A stretch of DNA of 63,731 nt, filler included, from Streblomastix strix (lineage: Eukaryota): the NCBI GenBank assembly GCA_008636045.1. It is 3 parts of 3 records of this genome, joined end to end, with 100 filler letters (N's around TTAATTAATTAA, not from the genome) between each part and the next. Parts side by side here need not be neighbours in the genome. Positions count along the whole stretch, not along the records: positions 21,281 to 42,457 come from SNRW01000392.1; 2 more parts are not named here. One strand, given 5' to 3'. Under the pieces are notes generated by a model. It worked only from the letters and a program-made list of their open reading frames with translations. It was not told where the DNA came from and did not search any database. Below are positions 25,325 through 41,000 of the stretch, piece by piece. Each line of letters opens with the position of its first letter. The first letter of the stretch is position 1. The translations under genes were made by a program, and so were the position numbers.

Positions 25325-28300
25325 TTGTTTGCAAATGCACTAATAAAACAATAAAATATAATAAAATTTTATAATGTTTAAATAAATAAATTGATATATG
25401 CTAAATAAAATTAGAATTAATTTAATAATATATTGGCTAAGTATTTCATGCATCATACATATATTAAAAGTTTAGAAAATTTAAAGTAATATTGTATCTT
25501 ATGATTAATATTAAAATATTATTGAAATTTTCAAATATTGTACAACAAAATTTGATTGTAAAAACAATTTTTTTAAAAAAATTAAATAAACCTATATACA
25601 ACAATAATCAAATTAATATTTAAATAATATTTAAATTGAAAAATATATTTAAATATTTATTTCAAGTTTTTATTTGAAATAAGTTCAGAAACAGTGTTTA
25701 TTTCGAATATAAATTTAAATTGATTTATCAAATATGTATTTGTCAAATTTCTTATAAATTTTTATTAGTTTTTATACAAAAATATTTGATTAATACCATT
25801 TTTTTCTAAATTCACTTTATATTTTATAGTTTTATATTAATTTCAATTAACTGGATTTTGTTCATTATTTAAGCTTGAAATCCCTAATTATATATCTATT
25901 TTTATTGCTATTCTACAAATTTTATTCATAAAATTAAAGAAATCTAAAAAATTCGTTCTAATTATCAATAAAATTTATTAAACATGAAAAAATTAATTGA
26001 TAAGATGATTTTAAACGAATAATTATAATATTTATTTTAAAGTTGTCAAATTTCATCAATTTCGTTCGCAATGGCCGTTTTTCATGTCTAAATTCGTCAT
26101 AATTTGATTTTTAAAAATAAAATATAAAATAGAAATTATAAACATTCTATGTTTTGATATTTTAATTTGTTATATAGATCAATGAAAATAAAATTCTTAT
26201 TTTTAAGATATATATAACAAAATATGGTATAAGTTAAAATTGAATTAATTTTTTAAAAATTTACAAAAATTCCATTATTTTTTCTCCCTTGCTTTCAAAT
26301 TATAATTTATGTATGACTTATATTATATTCATAAAATAATTATAATTAATATAATATTATTAAAAAGCAATTGATGAATTAAATCTTTGTTATGTTTTAA
26401 CGAATTTTTGAAAAAAAATTTCGTGTCTTCAGTATATAATAAAATAAAATTTTGACAAAATCGTCAAAATTACATTTCGTTCGAGGATTGGTTAGTTTTA
26501 TTTGTATTCGGTTAACCAATAATAAATCTGTTGTTGTAAATTTCTTAATTTGTCAATCAAAGGTATGTTATTTATATTGATAATTAGCATATATTAATTA
26601 ATATAATATTTTCGTAATGAGATTGATTGTTGATAATTGTTCATTCATGCAATAAAGCACAGAGTTTACTGTTTTATGTAAAAAATTAAATTTTAAATAT
26701 TTAAGTATATATATTTCACATTTTGTTTTAATTGCTGCAAATTGGTTGCATTTTATTATTTATTAGATATAAATTAGAAAAATAAAAGTTTAAATGAATG
26801 CACAACTTAAAATTAGTAAAAAATAAAAAAATTATTTATGCAGTCTCATATTAATGTAAATAATATTTAGTTTAATTAAATATGTATGAATATTACTCGA
26901 TTTTATTTTAGATATTTGCATATATATGACATAGCATTCAAAAGTTAAAAAAATAGTTTTTTTATTTTTAATTAATGAAAATAAATAAGCTAATAACAAT
27001 GCGGATTTTTTTACATTCATTTAAAATATTTTAAATAAATTAAAATATTAAAGTGTTAGATTGCATCCCCAATATTCACGGGTTTTCAGCATTCACGTCT
27101 TTTCATACTATTGTATAATTAGAAATTTGAGTTTCAATAATTATTTATTGAAAAATAATTCATATTATCTAATTCAATTCTTTCTAACTCATAAAAATTA
27201 ATATATTTGAAGTAAAAATTTGAATGTATAACTATAGAAGTTCTAATAAACTTAATTTTGTATAACTCGAAAAAAGTGCGAAAAATATAATCCTGATTTA
27301 TTTTCATCAATATGATTGTATTTTTCATTATATTGTAATAAACTTATTTTATATTTTTTAAATTATATTTATCACAAAATATTACAGTTTTCGCGGCAAG
27401 GGCGGCAGAAATTTGATTTTTTTATTTTTGTCAATTTTTTACGGTTGTTTCAATTGTATTTATTGTTTTTTTATTTTATATTTTTAACTTTTATTATTTG
27501 AAGCTATTTAATAAAAAAAACTATAAAGTTGTAGTTGTATGTTGAATAAAAACATTTTTATTCATTTTTTGCAAATTTAGCGTATCGCTTAAAACATAAA
27601 ATAAAACTAATGATAAAAACAATTAATATGTGATATTTATTTATTGAATTTACCAAAAATGAAGTGTTAGCATCAGTGTATAGCACAAAAAAAATATCAA
27701 AATTTGCTGATTTATGCTCACACTGCCGCAAAAAATTATCAAATTTGTAATTTTTGTATCAGAAATATTTAAATAAATTAATATTAATATAATTAAAAAA
27801 CTTATGTAACATTCCTGCGGCTTTAAAATCAGGATTATGTTTTAAGCACTTTTTTATAGATATGCAAAATCTGGTTTTTAACATTTATGAAAAATATTTC
27901 TAAAAATATTTTAAAGATGTTTAAATAAAAAAATAGTACTCGTTGGTTCTGAGCAGAACCGCCCATTTGTATTATTTATAACAAATTTTAGTATATATTA
28001 TGTATTCTTTAAAATTAAAATTTTTTCAATCAGCAATTAATATTAATATTTTTAGAACTGAATTTTAAGAATAAAACTCATATTTTATGCTAAAAATCTG
28101 TTTATTAAACTGCAAATTAATTTCTATATAATTACAGTATGAAATTTTGAATAATTTAATTTCAATCAATTTTATTTTTATTTATAAATTTTATATTAAT
28201 ACTCTTCATACCATTAATCAAATTTATATCTTTAGGTTTGATTTTAACTATAGCATTATTTTCTTCAAAATTAATTAACTTATTGACGATTTTGTTAGAA

Positions 28301-30930
28301 AATGCAATATTTATTTATTAATTTTAACTGCATTAATAAATAATGTAATCAATTTTTCTTAAAAATTTAATTTTATTAGTGCATTTTTTTCAATTTTATA
28401 TGTTATGAATAACATATACTAGTAAATTTACATATAATAATTCTTACATTTTGGCAAATTTTATATTTCATCAGATATAAATAAAACTCTCATTCAGAAA
28501 TATTTTTCTTTAATTGAAATTATTTAAATCAATTTAAATATTTTCCTTTAAAATAATTGTTTTATTAAATTTAAAATTTAAAATTCAATTTTAATAAAAT
28601 TTATTATTTTAAATATTAAATTTAATAAATTTAAAATTTTTTAAATAAAATTTTAATTACAATCTAAATAATTTAATATTTTCTACGCATTTAGAATATT
28701 TTAAATTATTATTAAGAAACTAATAATTAATCATAAATTTAAATTGTCAGATAAAGAAAAATTTTTAAGCATTTTATTTTTTTTTATTAAAATAAATTAA
28801 AAATTTTATAAAATTTAAAAAATATTTATTTATTTATGTTATATTAAAATATGTAAAAACAATGAAACCGAAAGTTAATCATTCAAGAGTTAAATTAAAT
28901 TTTCTGATGAAAACGATGAATAATAGATTAAATTTAATTTAATAAATTTTATTATTCAAAATTTTAATTTTTATTTATAAATTTAAATTTAAGATTAGAA
29001 TAAAAATCTAATTTATTTTATATAAAATTACATAAAAAACCATAAAATTTATTAAATATATAAAAAGATTTATTATTATTTTAAAAAATATTCATAGCAA
29101 TTAAATAATAATCCCAATTAAAGAGATTTTGAAACAATTAGCTTTTTAAATATTAAAATATTTAATTACACGTAAATTTAACTCAAATATGTTTTACATT
29201 CTCAATACATTATATATATTTTTATATATATGTATAGAAAGATATTTTATTTTTTCAATTTATAGAAAAAAAAGATTATTTAATCTGAAATTATTTTCTT
29301 AACAAATTCAACATTCTACTTTTATAATTTCGAATTATCTGCTATTCTTTATGCCCAAAATTACAAAATATAAATATATAATAAATTTAAATATATATTT
29401 ATGTATTATTTCATAGTCTTTTTTTATTAATTTATTTTTTATAATATTAGATGAAAATTCAACAATTTTTCTTCATTATTTTTTTTGTTATTCGAATTTT
29501 CCATATAATGTCTAGATATGGAATTAATATATAACTATTTGAATATTTTTCACTTCTGTGAGTATTGTGTTTTTTGATTTATTTTGTGGTAACTTTGTAA
29601 CACTTTCATTTTTTTAAAGATTAGAAGTTATTAAAAATCAACCAATTTTAAAATTTTTTTTATTTTTCAAGTTTTACTTTAATATATAAATTGATTTATA
29701 TGCAATTTAAATTTTTTTTAGTCATTTTAAACTTGTAACTACGAAAAATTGAAAATTTTAAAAGATACTACTTATGGTATAAGTATAATTCTTAAAACGT
29801 CCCTATATCAAATTATTCTATAAAATTTTTATAAAATTTCAAATATTTAACAGAATTAAGCAATAATGAAATAAATTCTTAAATCTTCTTCAAAACAATA
29901 AATAATCAAAACGGCTTTTCTTTAAAATACCAGAAACCAATGAAGATAAACAATAAGAGGTTAATTCAGATGGTCTAAAAAGAAAAAAAAAATTCGTTCA
30001 AAGAAAGATTAAATATTAATAAATCTGTAGACATAAAATACAGAGAAATTTAAACTTAATTGGACAGAAAATATAATGCCTGTTAAAATGTGATGTGAAT
30101 AACACGGAAAAAATGGTCTGGATGACATCCAATGTTGCTCATGTCACCTCTTTATAAAATAACAAAAAATAAAAATTTTTAATAACATTATAAATTACTT
30201 TTATTTATTATAACTTTATATTTAAAATAGTAAAATATTATATATATATATATAATTCAAACTAAAATATTCATATATTTTGTTCGAATTATGATTATAA
30301 ATGCAAAAATTTGACAAAAATTTGTTCATATATTGAAGTGTAGCTAAATTAAAGTGTTTTTATTATATTGACCTATTGCAATTTAGATATAAATAAAAAT
30401 ATTAGAATAATAAATTAAAATTGTATAAACTCTGATTTTTAATCTTAAAAATAATAATTTCAATAATTTTTTGATTTAATTGTAATTCTATTATTAATAT
30501 CAGCACAACAATATATTCTAATAAATAAAAATAATAAAATAGAACAGTTAGTAAATGAAAAAGGAAAAAATATATTGCATTTTATTAAATTCCATGAGAA
30601 AATTCAATTATAATAGAAAATTTATTAATTTGCAGAATTATTTATATGATGCAAATTAATTTTAGTAAATATAGAATTAATAAGCATATAAAATTAATTT
30701 AAACAATATATATAACTCACAGTAAGTTGGGTAAAGAGAGTGTTGAGGAACAAATCTAAGTTTTGAGAAATGTGACATTCGACAGCTCCAAGTTTAGAAT
30801 TAAATTTGGTTAAACCACAAATGAAAAATATTGTTTCAACATAAATTACTTATCTGGGGTAATAAAAACCAATTGCATCTGGAGCTAGGCCTAGGGTTAC
30901 ATTGGTGTCATAATTAACTGGGGTGCCATT

Positions 30931-30967
30931 GGTGACGGGTGATGTTTCACCCATGTCACCCGTCACC
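30931..30967. repeat. Perfect 12-bp inverted repeat (GGTGACGGGTGA-N13-TCACCCGTCACC)
   Basis: Arms at 30931-30942 and 30956-30967 are exact reverse complements. Confidence 0.9.
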
Positions 30968-32014
30968 CCGAAGAAAAGTGAAATGATTATCATACATTAA
31001 TATATATTTCTTTATTATAATTAAATATAAACTAAATTATAACATTTATATTTAATAAAATATTGCAGATATTGAAAAAAAAATTTTTTTTTTATTTTTT
31101 TTGCAATTGAAATTTTTTAAAAAAGTTCCATTTAAAAAGAATTTACAACATTATTTTATAACAACATTTTTATTTGTAACTTAAAAATTATAATATATTG
31201 AAAAAATATTTTAAATTATTTTTATTATTTTATTTGAGTTTTCAACTGTCAAAATGTCAACCTAATGTGTACTTGGCCGTCACCATCGAAAGGATTTTTA
31301 ACTTTTTAACAGCTTTAGAAATTATCAAACCACTACATTAATTTTTGAGATTAGAGAAAAAATTTGAATCAAGTAGAAAATATTATTGTTTATTAAAGTG
31401 AAAAGTTTAGAATTAAAAGAAAATACTATTTTAAATTAATAATGAAAGCACAAAATAATTAATTCAGCAAAAATTTCATATTGGATAAAAAGTTTGATTT
31501 AAGTTTTTTCTGCGAAATGGGGTTTGCGGAAAATTGGCGAAGTTTGAGAGGAACCAACTTGCATTTCTTGAGCCCCAAACAATATATCAATAAACATTCA
31601 TGATTGAAAGAAATAATCATCAAACAATTGAATAATCTAGCATTGAATGAAAAATACATTTTTTCACCTTCACTTTAATTAATTTGTATTTAAAAATCTT
31701 ATTTTTCTGCCCTTATTTAATTGATTATTAAATTTTAATATAATTTATTATTTTCACTAAGCTTACCCAACAAAAAACCGATTTTTATTTTCACTTTTTT
31801 TTACTTGTTTTAACTATTATTAACGAATTTATTTTACTTAATTGCATTATATTTTTCATAACTTCAGTTATTATCTTTCTAGTATATACTTTCTAAATTG
31901 ACAAATATTCTATTTAAACGTTAAAATTGCTTTTTTATAATTTTTCCTGATTCATCTGAATATTCACGGTTCCATTTATATATTTTTTTTTAAATTTTTA
32001 TTATTATTAGCAAT

Positions 32015-35000
32015 ATGAAAATGTTCTTTATACTTGTTGCTCTAGCTGCCTTGTGCAACGCTAAACAATTTATAGTTCCGGGGTAGTACAAGGAAATTTA
32101 TTTAGCATTTTAAGAAATGGCTACTAGTGGTAGTAACAGTGATATGATTGACATATAGTACAATTATTCTTATAACGCACAGTTGTAATATTCAAATTTC
32201 AATAATAGGAACTTAACAATAACAACCAATTACAATGCTAGTAGCCTAACGAGCACAGCTAGTTCAGCACTGTTTCAACTTAGTGGATCGAATTTCAATG
32301 TTTTTATAGCAAACATTACTATTTTGGATGCCAACAACGGTGGACTATTCAGTCTCTCATGCTCTTTGCTCCGCATTGACAATGCTACTATTAGAAGATC
32401 TATCTCTGTTTCAGAAACAGCCAATTCTGGGTACCTGTTTTAAGCTCCAGGTGCCAATATCGTTATAGGCGAGTTACAAGGTACCCCATTTTTCATAGCG
32501 AACAAGGTATTCAGCCTGTCAAACAACAATTTCACTGTGTACAAAGCCGACTTCTAGCAAACGTCCACATAAACTACCACAGCAATGATCTCTTCAAGTA
32601 ATTCAGATATCGTGTTTGGCGGTGAACTCACAGATTAACAACCAACAGTTACTGCAAACTTAGCGCTGCAAGTCACAGGTACAAGGAGCCCCATTCAGAT
32701 CAAGAGAGGCACATACACAGGAAGTTCAATAAGCACAGCTCTATTCAATATCGCTGGTAATGATGTTATTATTGGGCAAGGTGGATATGCTCCAAGATTC
32801 GTCAATTTGGGAACTTTCCTTCTGGCTGGCCGTGCATTGCAGATCATTAGTGGCACTTTCTCGCGTAGCTCTTAATCAGCAACATTAGCTTTCAGCTTCA
32901 CACAGAATGCCAGTGTCACGATTGGATCTGATTCAACAGTGCCTGTTTTTGATAGCATCAATAGTATTACACTCAACTATTGTAGACTGACAATTAATTC
33001 AGGTAATTTCATCAGTGCAAGCGCCAGTACTTATCTGTTGAACTCAGAGGCATCCAATATTACTATTGGAGATGAAAGTTCATAAGCACCGTCATTTACA
33101 GCATAGCGAATATTAAATGCTCATTTTGGTACATCAAATATTTTGAAGGGAAGTTTCGCTGGAATCGGTTCAGCTAATGAAGGAAATCTTCTGATCAGAC
33201 AATCCACATTTACTGTTCTAGATGGAGTTCCAAGTTTCACAAACATCGATCAGATCGTAATCAACAACTCAACAGTGAATATCAACAGTGGTACATTTTC
33301 TGGTATTGGAGAGAAACCTTTGATAGCAACTTCCAACAATACAGTTCTTAATATTGGTCAGACAACATCAACAGCTGCATTGACTTTCGCTGCTAATTAG
33401 ATTATAAACACAGCTGCCAGTCAATTGAACATCTTCAGAGGTGGATTCAGTAGTTCTTCAACAACATTGCCTTTAATCCAAGCTATAACAACTCCCATCA
33501 CAATTGGTACAGGAACTGGAGTACCAACTTTCACAGCTCAAAGAGTCATTGATATTCTCGCTTAGTTGCTCACAATCAGCAAAGGAACTTTCACTGGCAC
33601 AACAGCATTGGGGACATATCTCAAGACAAACGGTACTAATGTTACTATTGGAGCAACAACCACTGGAAATGTGCCATCATTCACTCTTGATCAGTTTGAT
33701 ATATAAGGAGGTAGAGTTGAAATAATCAGTGCACAGATCACATGTGGTACTGGAACAAACAGCGTAATTAAAGCCACGCCCAATTCACAGGTGATAATTG
33801 GAACAAGCACTGGAACACCTACTTTAACACTGACAGCTGCAACGATCGTTGAAGTTGCATCTGCTACACTTACGATATACAGGGGCGTATTCAATGGAGC
33901 TACATCAGCACTTGGAACAATTATCAGGACGCTTAATTCTTAAACAACGTATGCAGCACCTGTAACACCACAGATTAATGGAATTGAACTTATTGAAGTT
34001 GATGGGGGAACAATAACAGTATAATCTGGGTATATAATAAAAGCTGCTGAAAGAACTAGTCCATTAATTAGAGCGTTTAATAACCCAACTGTGGTAATTG
34101 GTTAATAGACTGCAACTGGAACTGCTTTAACTTTAATAGGAACAACAATACTTGATATCGTTGAGGGAACATTAAGTATCTATAGAGCGACAATTAACAG
34201 TTCATCACAAATATAGTACGCATTCCAAGCTACAAATACATATATATCACTAGGAAACAATGATGCATATCCAACTTTCAATGGCTTATGCTAGATAAGC
34301 TAGATAGGGAATGTATTGAACATCACACGCGCTGCCTTTTCAGGAGTAAATGGAGCGAATCCTTCAATAAGAGCAACAAATTCGGCTACTATAAATGTTG
34401 GTATTGGAACAAATACACCAACTTTTAGCTGCTCAAGAGCTATTGGAATCTATGACAGTGTTTTGAATATTTACAGAGGAGCTTTTTCTTCTTAAACATC
34501 TGCTATAGCTTCTTATGTAATTTAAGCTACAAACTCTGCAGTTACAGTAGGCAATGGGCAAACCCCAACTTTTACTAGTGGTAATGTATTCGATACTTTA
34601 AATGGAACACTAGATATCATATCTGCTAATTTTACAAGCTCTGGAATAGATGTTACAACATCCAACACAGTTACAACAATCGGAAGTCTTTCATCAATAC
34701 TTAATATCTCATTTACTGGTCAGAAACTATTGTCTATTACTGGATCAAGTATCAGTATAATAAATGGAACTTTTACTTCAACTTCAGACACACTTCCACT
34801 ATTTGCAGCTGCTGAGACATCAATTACAATTGGAGAAGGTGGATTAGCTCCCATATTCCAATCACCGTATTAAATTATAGATCAAACATAAGGAAAGGAA
34901 TTGAATATATACAGCGGTGCATTCACAGGAACGCATGCAGATCTACCTGCATTATCACTTATTGGTGTTAAAGTCGTAATCGGAAATCAAACTCATTTTC

Positions 35001-38000
35001 CCACGCTTACTTTCCAAGCGCATAGAGTGCTCAATATATTCAACAGCGACAGTTTAAGTATCTACAGAGGTATATTCAGCCATCCAGCTAACGGATCATA
35101 ATTAGATCTGATCTCAATTAGAAACACAACTACAGTAATTGGTGGGTATAGATCAGAAGGTTTAGAATTCAATGGAGAATATGTGATCAACATAACAAGG
35201 AAATCCTTGACGATACAATCTGGCACTTTCAGCCGTTTCCCAGCAACTGCAAAAAATGGTACATATATAAACGCATATCTGACTAATGTAACAATTGATG
35301 AGACAACAGATACAGATTTCCCAACATTCAATGAAATGGCTAACATAACAATCACTGGAGAAAAGCTTCAGAATGTCAATGGAGAGATACTTCATATCTT
35401 TGGCGGTAAATTCACGAAGCATTCAGGTTCTACAACTCTGTTGATAGTTAATCCAAATGTCGATGTTATTATTGGAAGGATCGGCTCTTTTGAATTGTTG
35501 ACAATCAGTGCTCCAGAACTGGTCAATATATAAAAGGGAAATCTAACTATCCTAAAGGGAGTATTCACTGGAACAGTATTCACTGGAACAGATCCAAAAC
35601 TAGAATATTCACTAATCACTGCGCATGATTCTAATATAACAGTTGGAGATTCATCAACATCTCAAACGCTTGAATTTAATGGATATAGGTTGTTTGATGT
35701 ATATGGTGATACTGATGCTAGAATTGATGATCATGTGTATCTATTCTATGGAAATTACACTGGCTATGATACTTAGACATTAGTCAATATCAGTGAGATT
35801 AATAATGTTCTGATTGGACAAAGTTTAGGAAATCCGCAGTTTGTTGGTGTTACGTTACTTTATGTTACTCATGTCACATAAGTTGGACTAAGTATTGTAT
35901 CAGGTACTTATAAACTCCCTGAAGAAACTGAATCAGTAGGAACATCTATCACAGCTAACAACGCTATTACAACTATTGGATACGGAGCATATCCACAGTT
36001 CCTCAATTTAGAGCAACTTCGTGTGATCAATGGAAGCCTCGATGTATTCGATGGACTATTCACAGGATCAAGTAAATCAACTAAACATATGTTCCATACG
36101 GAGAATTGTCCAGTGAATATTATAGCAGGGACTTACACAACTACCAATACAAACACACCCATGTTGCATTTAACTGGATAAGATGTCGTAATTGGTGATG
36201 TAAGTGTATAGAAGACATTATATTTCTATGCTCTGAAGATACTAGAAAAGAATGGTGGGAACAACTTGAAGATTTTCAGAGGAACTTTCGATGGATCAGA
36301 GGATACAGTATAACTGATATCGACAACCGCTAGCAACTGGCTTATTGGAGATGTTTCTGACATTCCAATATTCACAAACTTCAAACTGATCTCTGTAACA
36401 GGCTAGAAACTGGATATCATCAGCGGTTGGTTCACCGAATTTGGCTCAAAACAAACAACGATTTTAATAGACAACTTATCAAATGCGTCTATTGGAGCAA
36501 CTAATACTGTTCCTCTGTTCAACAATATAACCTTAATTAGCGTCACCAATTCGAAGTTCGACCTCATCAGCGGCACATATAATTCAACCGATCCTTTGAC
36601 TGCACTGGTTAAAACTGCCAGATCTGATGTTAGAGTTGGCGGAGAAAACAAGGAAGATCCATTTTTCATTACAAGAACAGGGTTTGATGTCACTGGAGGA
36701 TCATTAGCTTTCCTAAGAGGGTATTTCTCTGATAGTAACCCCAAGTTTAATCTGATCAAAGCTCTGTCAGCTGATGCTATAATAATTGGGCATCCAACTC
36801 GTGGACTGGACTTCTAAGGTTTCAGATTCACACAATAATCCTCAGTGTTGAACCTTGCTGGATGTAGAAACATAGTTATATAGAAAACAATATTCAATGA
36901 TCTGACACTTGAGGATAATCCAGTAGCTGATGGCAAATACTTAACTCCATCTTTGGTGGTATTCGCTGTTCCAAGCACACAGCTTGTGATAAATGAATGC
37001 GTGTTCCAGAAGAATATATATGCTGGTCCATCTGCAACTGCAGGTGCTGTCTTTGTACAGTTTGCAGATACTTCTCCAGAAGCTATTACTGCACAAGTCT
37101 CATTCGCAAACTCGCAGTTCATCGATAATTCAGGCACAATATCTGGTTGCATCGTCTTCAGAAGCAACGTAGTTCGAAGAATAACCTTCGACAACATGTA
37201 CTTCTACGGTAACAGATACTCAGGTGGTGCAAATGTGCCCAAGAAAGCGAGTGGCCTTTTCACTTTCGAAGATCTGTCAGCACAATTAGGGGATGATCCA
37301 TTCAAGACGAGTTATGCACCACACAGACTTTCTACACTGATTGGGGATCAGGATCTGGCGTATGGAAATATGATACCTTTCTACACGTCTCTGGAAGGAA
37401 GAGCTTACGTTCCATACTTGTAGGCCATAGATGATAATGTGTTTATACAATACGGGTATTCAGCTGATGAAGATGGTACGCGTGAACATCCATTCACACT
37501 GTTTGCAAGCTGCTTGACTGAACTCCCGATCTTTGGTGGAAGGATCACATTAATTGGAAACGAGTATCACATTAATTCGCCAACAATTATTGACAACCAG
37601 AGGAAAGTAGTCATTGTGCCTGATGAAGGAAAACCGACTTTTTTCAACTAATTGAACTATGAATCAGAAACTTTAGCAGCTTTCACTGTTGACAATGCTG
37701 AATTAGGATTATCCAACTTCAATGTAATCCAAGGTGATTCAATCGAACTGCCCACTAAAGATCCTATCAATTACTTTGTCACAATCTTAAATGATGGTTT
37801 CCTATTAGCCTCCAATATCAACTTTGATACCAACAATGCCAATACACTAAACAAAAGAAGCTACATCTATGTAAGTCAATCATATCTACAAGTCGATTCA
37901 AGCTCTTTCTAAGGATCACTATTAACATAGAGCAATCCTCCTGTTTAAATCACTGCGCCACGATAAATAATAATCAGATAGAGCAACTTCACAAATATTG

Positions 38001-41000
38001 AAATTAACGGTGGAAACGCAGGAGCTGTTTCAATTACTGGCATCGCTCCAACTTCAACAATAACACTCACTGGTAACCTGTTTGAAAACAATGGACCTGT
38101 AATCACAGATGAAGGACAACCATCTTACTCAGTAGCTGGTGCTATATATCTCCAATATGCAGGAGCTGTGCCAATACTTGACTTATAAGGGAACACATTC
38201 CTGGATAACATCGGGACAACATCAGGAGCTGTGTACATAGTTGGAAACACAGCCATCGGTGCAAACAGAATCATACTTGAGGGATCGTCATTCTTCAACA
38301 ACAGAGCTGTCGATCCATCATAAGTTGTAGATGTTACGTCCAATCAATCTCTGTCAAATCTATTTGGATTCGGTGGTGTATATTTGCATCCAGTTGAAGT
38401 CATATCGACAGCTGATGATTTTGATGGGTCACAGCTCATCAAATTAACTGAAGGTGGACCAACAACAGATGCGTATTAATTCAGCAAAATCTCCGCTACA
38501 CTGAAATTCGCAGCTCGTTTCAAAGATTACGCTTTCCTACCAATGACAATTGTTGGAAGAATCACCGAAGAAATTACATTTTAATTCACAGATGATGTTT
38601 AAATCTAAGGAAGAAGGAACGCAACACACATACCACAATAACCAGCTACTATCGGGTACTATATTTCTGGGAGCACATGGTTCAGTTCTCCAGGATCAAG
38701 TTCTATTCAGTGGTTGAACTTTGAAAGATTAGAAGGATTATATGGATCATAACTTATCGATGTATCTTAAGGATCACTGATCGTTGAAGGCTGCAATTTC
38801 ACTGATCAGAATAAATATGATGATGCATCTAGCTTCGCATTTATATTGTCTAGAGGAAGAGTAACCACAATTCAAAACAGCATCTTCACTGGTGGAAAAT
38901 ATGGAATCTTTGCTGGAGTTACTAAATCTGCTGGTGAACTTTACATTGAAAAGAGTCAATTCATTGGAATCAGCGAACAAACTGGACCTTTCATCAGACT
39001 TTATTCACTTCCAGGGAAATAGATGAATGGAGTTAGAAACGTAATCAAGTCAACTGTATTCAGTGGTGCATCTTTCTCATTAGAAATTGGATAGTAGAAT
39101 GCAGCTATAATAATTGAAGAGGAGATTGATACAACACAACTATTACTTAACAGATTCATAAACACTTAGAATTCGCAAGCAATATTAATTACATAGGATC
39201 GATTCAACGTTGAAGTTGTTTCTAATGAATTCGATAGCAACGGACAAGGATTATCACTTGGTGGAGCTATTAGCATCGTATCAGAATCACCAAGTGGAAC
39301 TGTGAAGGCCAATTACAACACATTTGTGAACAACAAAGGTACTCGTGCTGGTGTCATATACACAAATCCAAAACTCGAAGCAACTCCTATACTAATCCCA
39401 ACATACACAATACAGAACAACTTCTTCTACAATAACACAGTCGTTGAAGTTGGTGATGATAATGCAAATGATATATATATCTCTAGTGAATTTATTGCTC
39501 CAACTGAAATAAGAGAGAATTTGCTGAGAAGCGGAGATAGTTATAATGCGAAAAGGTGGATTGGAGATCATACTGAAGTTATTGTTGGTGCATATCTTGA
39601 TTAATATAAATATAATGATACAGTTTGTTTATTAATTAAATTAATTGTATAATGAATTATTATTATTATGATAAATATTTACAAATTTATTTGATTATTT
39701 ATAATTTTTTTTCTATGAATATCAATTTATTAATTAATATATAGATTCATATACGAAATCAAGGCGAGAACACAATTATCAATCCTGATAAAGATGAAAC
39801 AATCGGTTAATTTGAAAACGCACTTCAAACAGTCGATTTTGCACTGAATTCAAGAAATAAGAATGGAAACCTTGCAGTAATTCTCTACAGACAATAATAT
39901 AACTTCAATCAACAGCTGTATATCCTTGATGACATAGTTGTATTCAACGATGCTGAAGAATGCGACAGTCCATATTACACATCCGACAGATCAAAATTAA
40001 CCTCCTCGACTCTCTTTTCTAATAACGCATTTATTATTACTAGTGGAGCTCTTAAAATAAAAGCAATTGATATCGATATTACTTCTACTGTTTCTCCATT
40101 CACAATATTCTTTATCAGAGGTGCTGGTACTTTTGAAGCAGAGAAAACAAATATAAGAATCAGTTCTACCAACTCTAAACTGTTTGAATCAACACAAGCC
40201 ATCAAATTGTTCAGTATAACAGATAGGAGCACTTTAACTTCAGTTCTCAATTCAACTTCTTCTCTGATTGATATTGTTCTCAACTCCAATAGTACCTTTG
40301 AAGTTGCAGACTCAACATTTGATGCAGTTAGGAACATCAGATATGCAAATATCAAAGTAGAAAGCAAACCACTTCGCTTTGTCTTCAGCAAAGTTACTTT
40401 CATTGGAACTAATGATGTAGCGACAACCAAAGTTGCATAGATTTCAGGTGCCCCAATTCAAATAGCAGATGTATTCGATCACTGCACAGTACCAACAACT
40501 AAACGCCCACTGATTCAGATTCCTGGTGAGAATTATATCGGCCAATATGATGGCGCTTTATTAGACATTGGCTGGAAGGACAAACTCGATGAAGTAGTTT
40601 CACTTGGACCTGAAATTGCTGAACCGTTTGTTGTGACTAAAGATATATCATATGTTGGTGAAAGACATGTAGTGCAAACAAACACTGATGCATAAATAAG
40701 AGTGGTATCAACAGGTAATCTATAACTGCATGCAATCACTTTCATACAACAAACTGGAGGTCTGAGTATTATATATGTGGACTCAACTGATGCAGTAGTT
40801 GTACTTGATGATATTGGATTCTTAGTTGCTAATAGAAGGCTTATTGAATCTGGATTAGCTGAGCTACCTTCATCATCAGACAGGAAAGATCTCACAAAGA
40901 TAGAAAGCAACAAACAGAAGATTGATATCGACTACTACTTGAGAAACTTAAAGAGAGTAAGTTCATCACAAATCCTAATCAATCCATTCTTGAAAATTGA

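Noticed and set aside
27390..27735. GCGGCAG / CTGCCGC as possible terminal inverted repeats
   Set aside because: Only ~7 bp match, with no target-site duplication seen.
26832..31659. Short F/I/L/Y/K-rich ORFs in the AT-rich desert
   Set aside because: Their composition is as expected from random AT-rich sequence, with no motifs.
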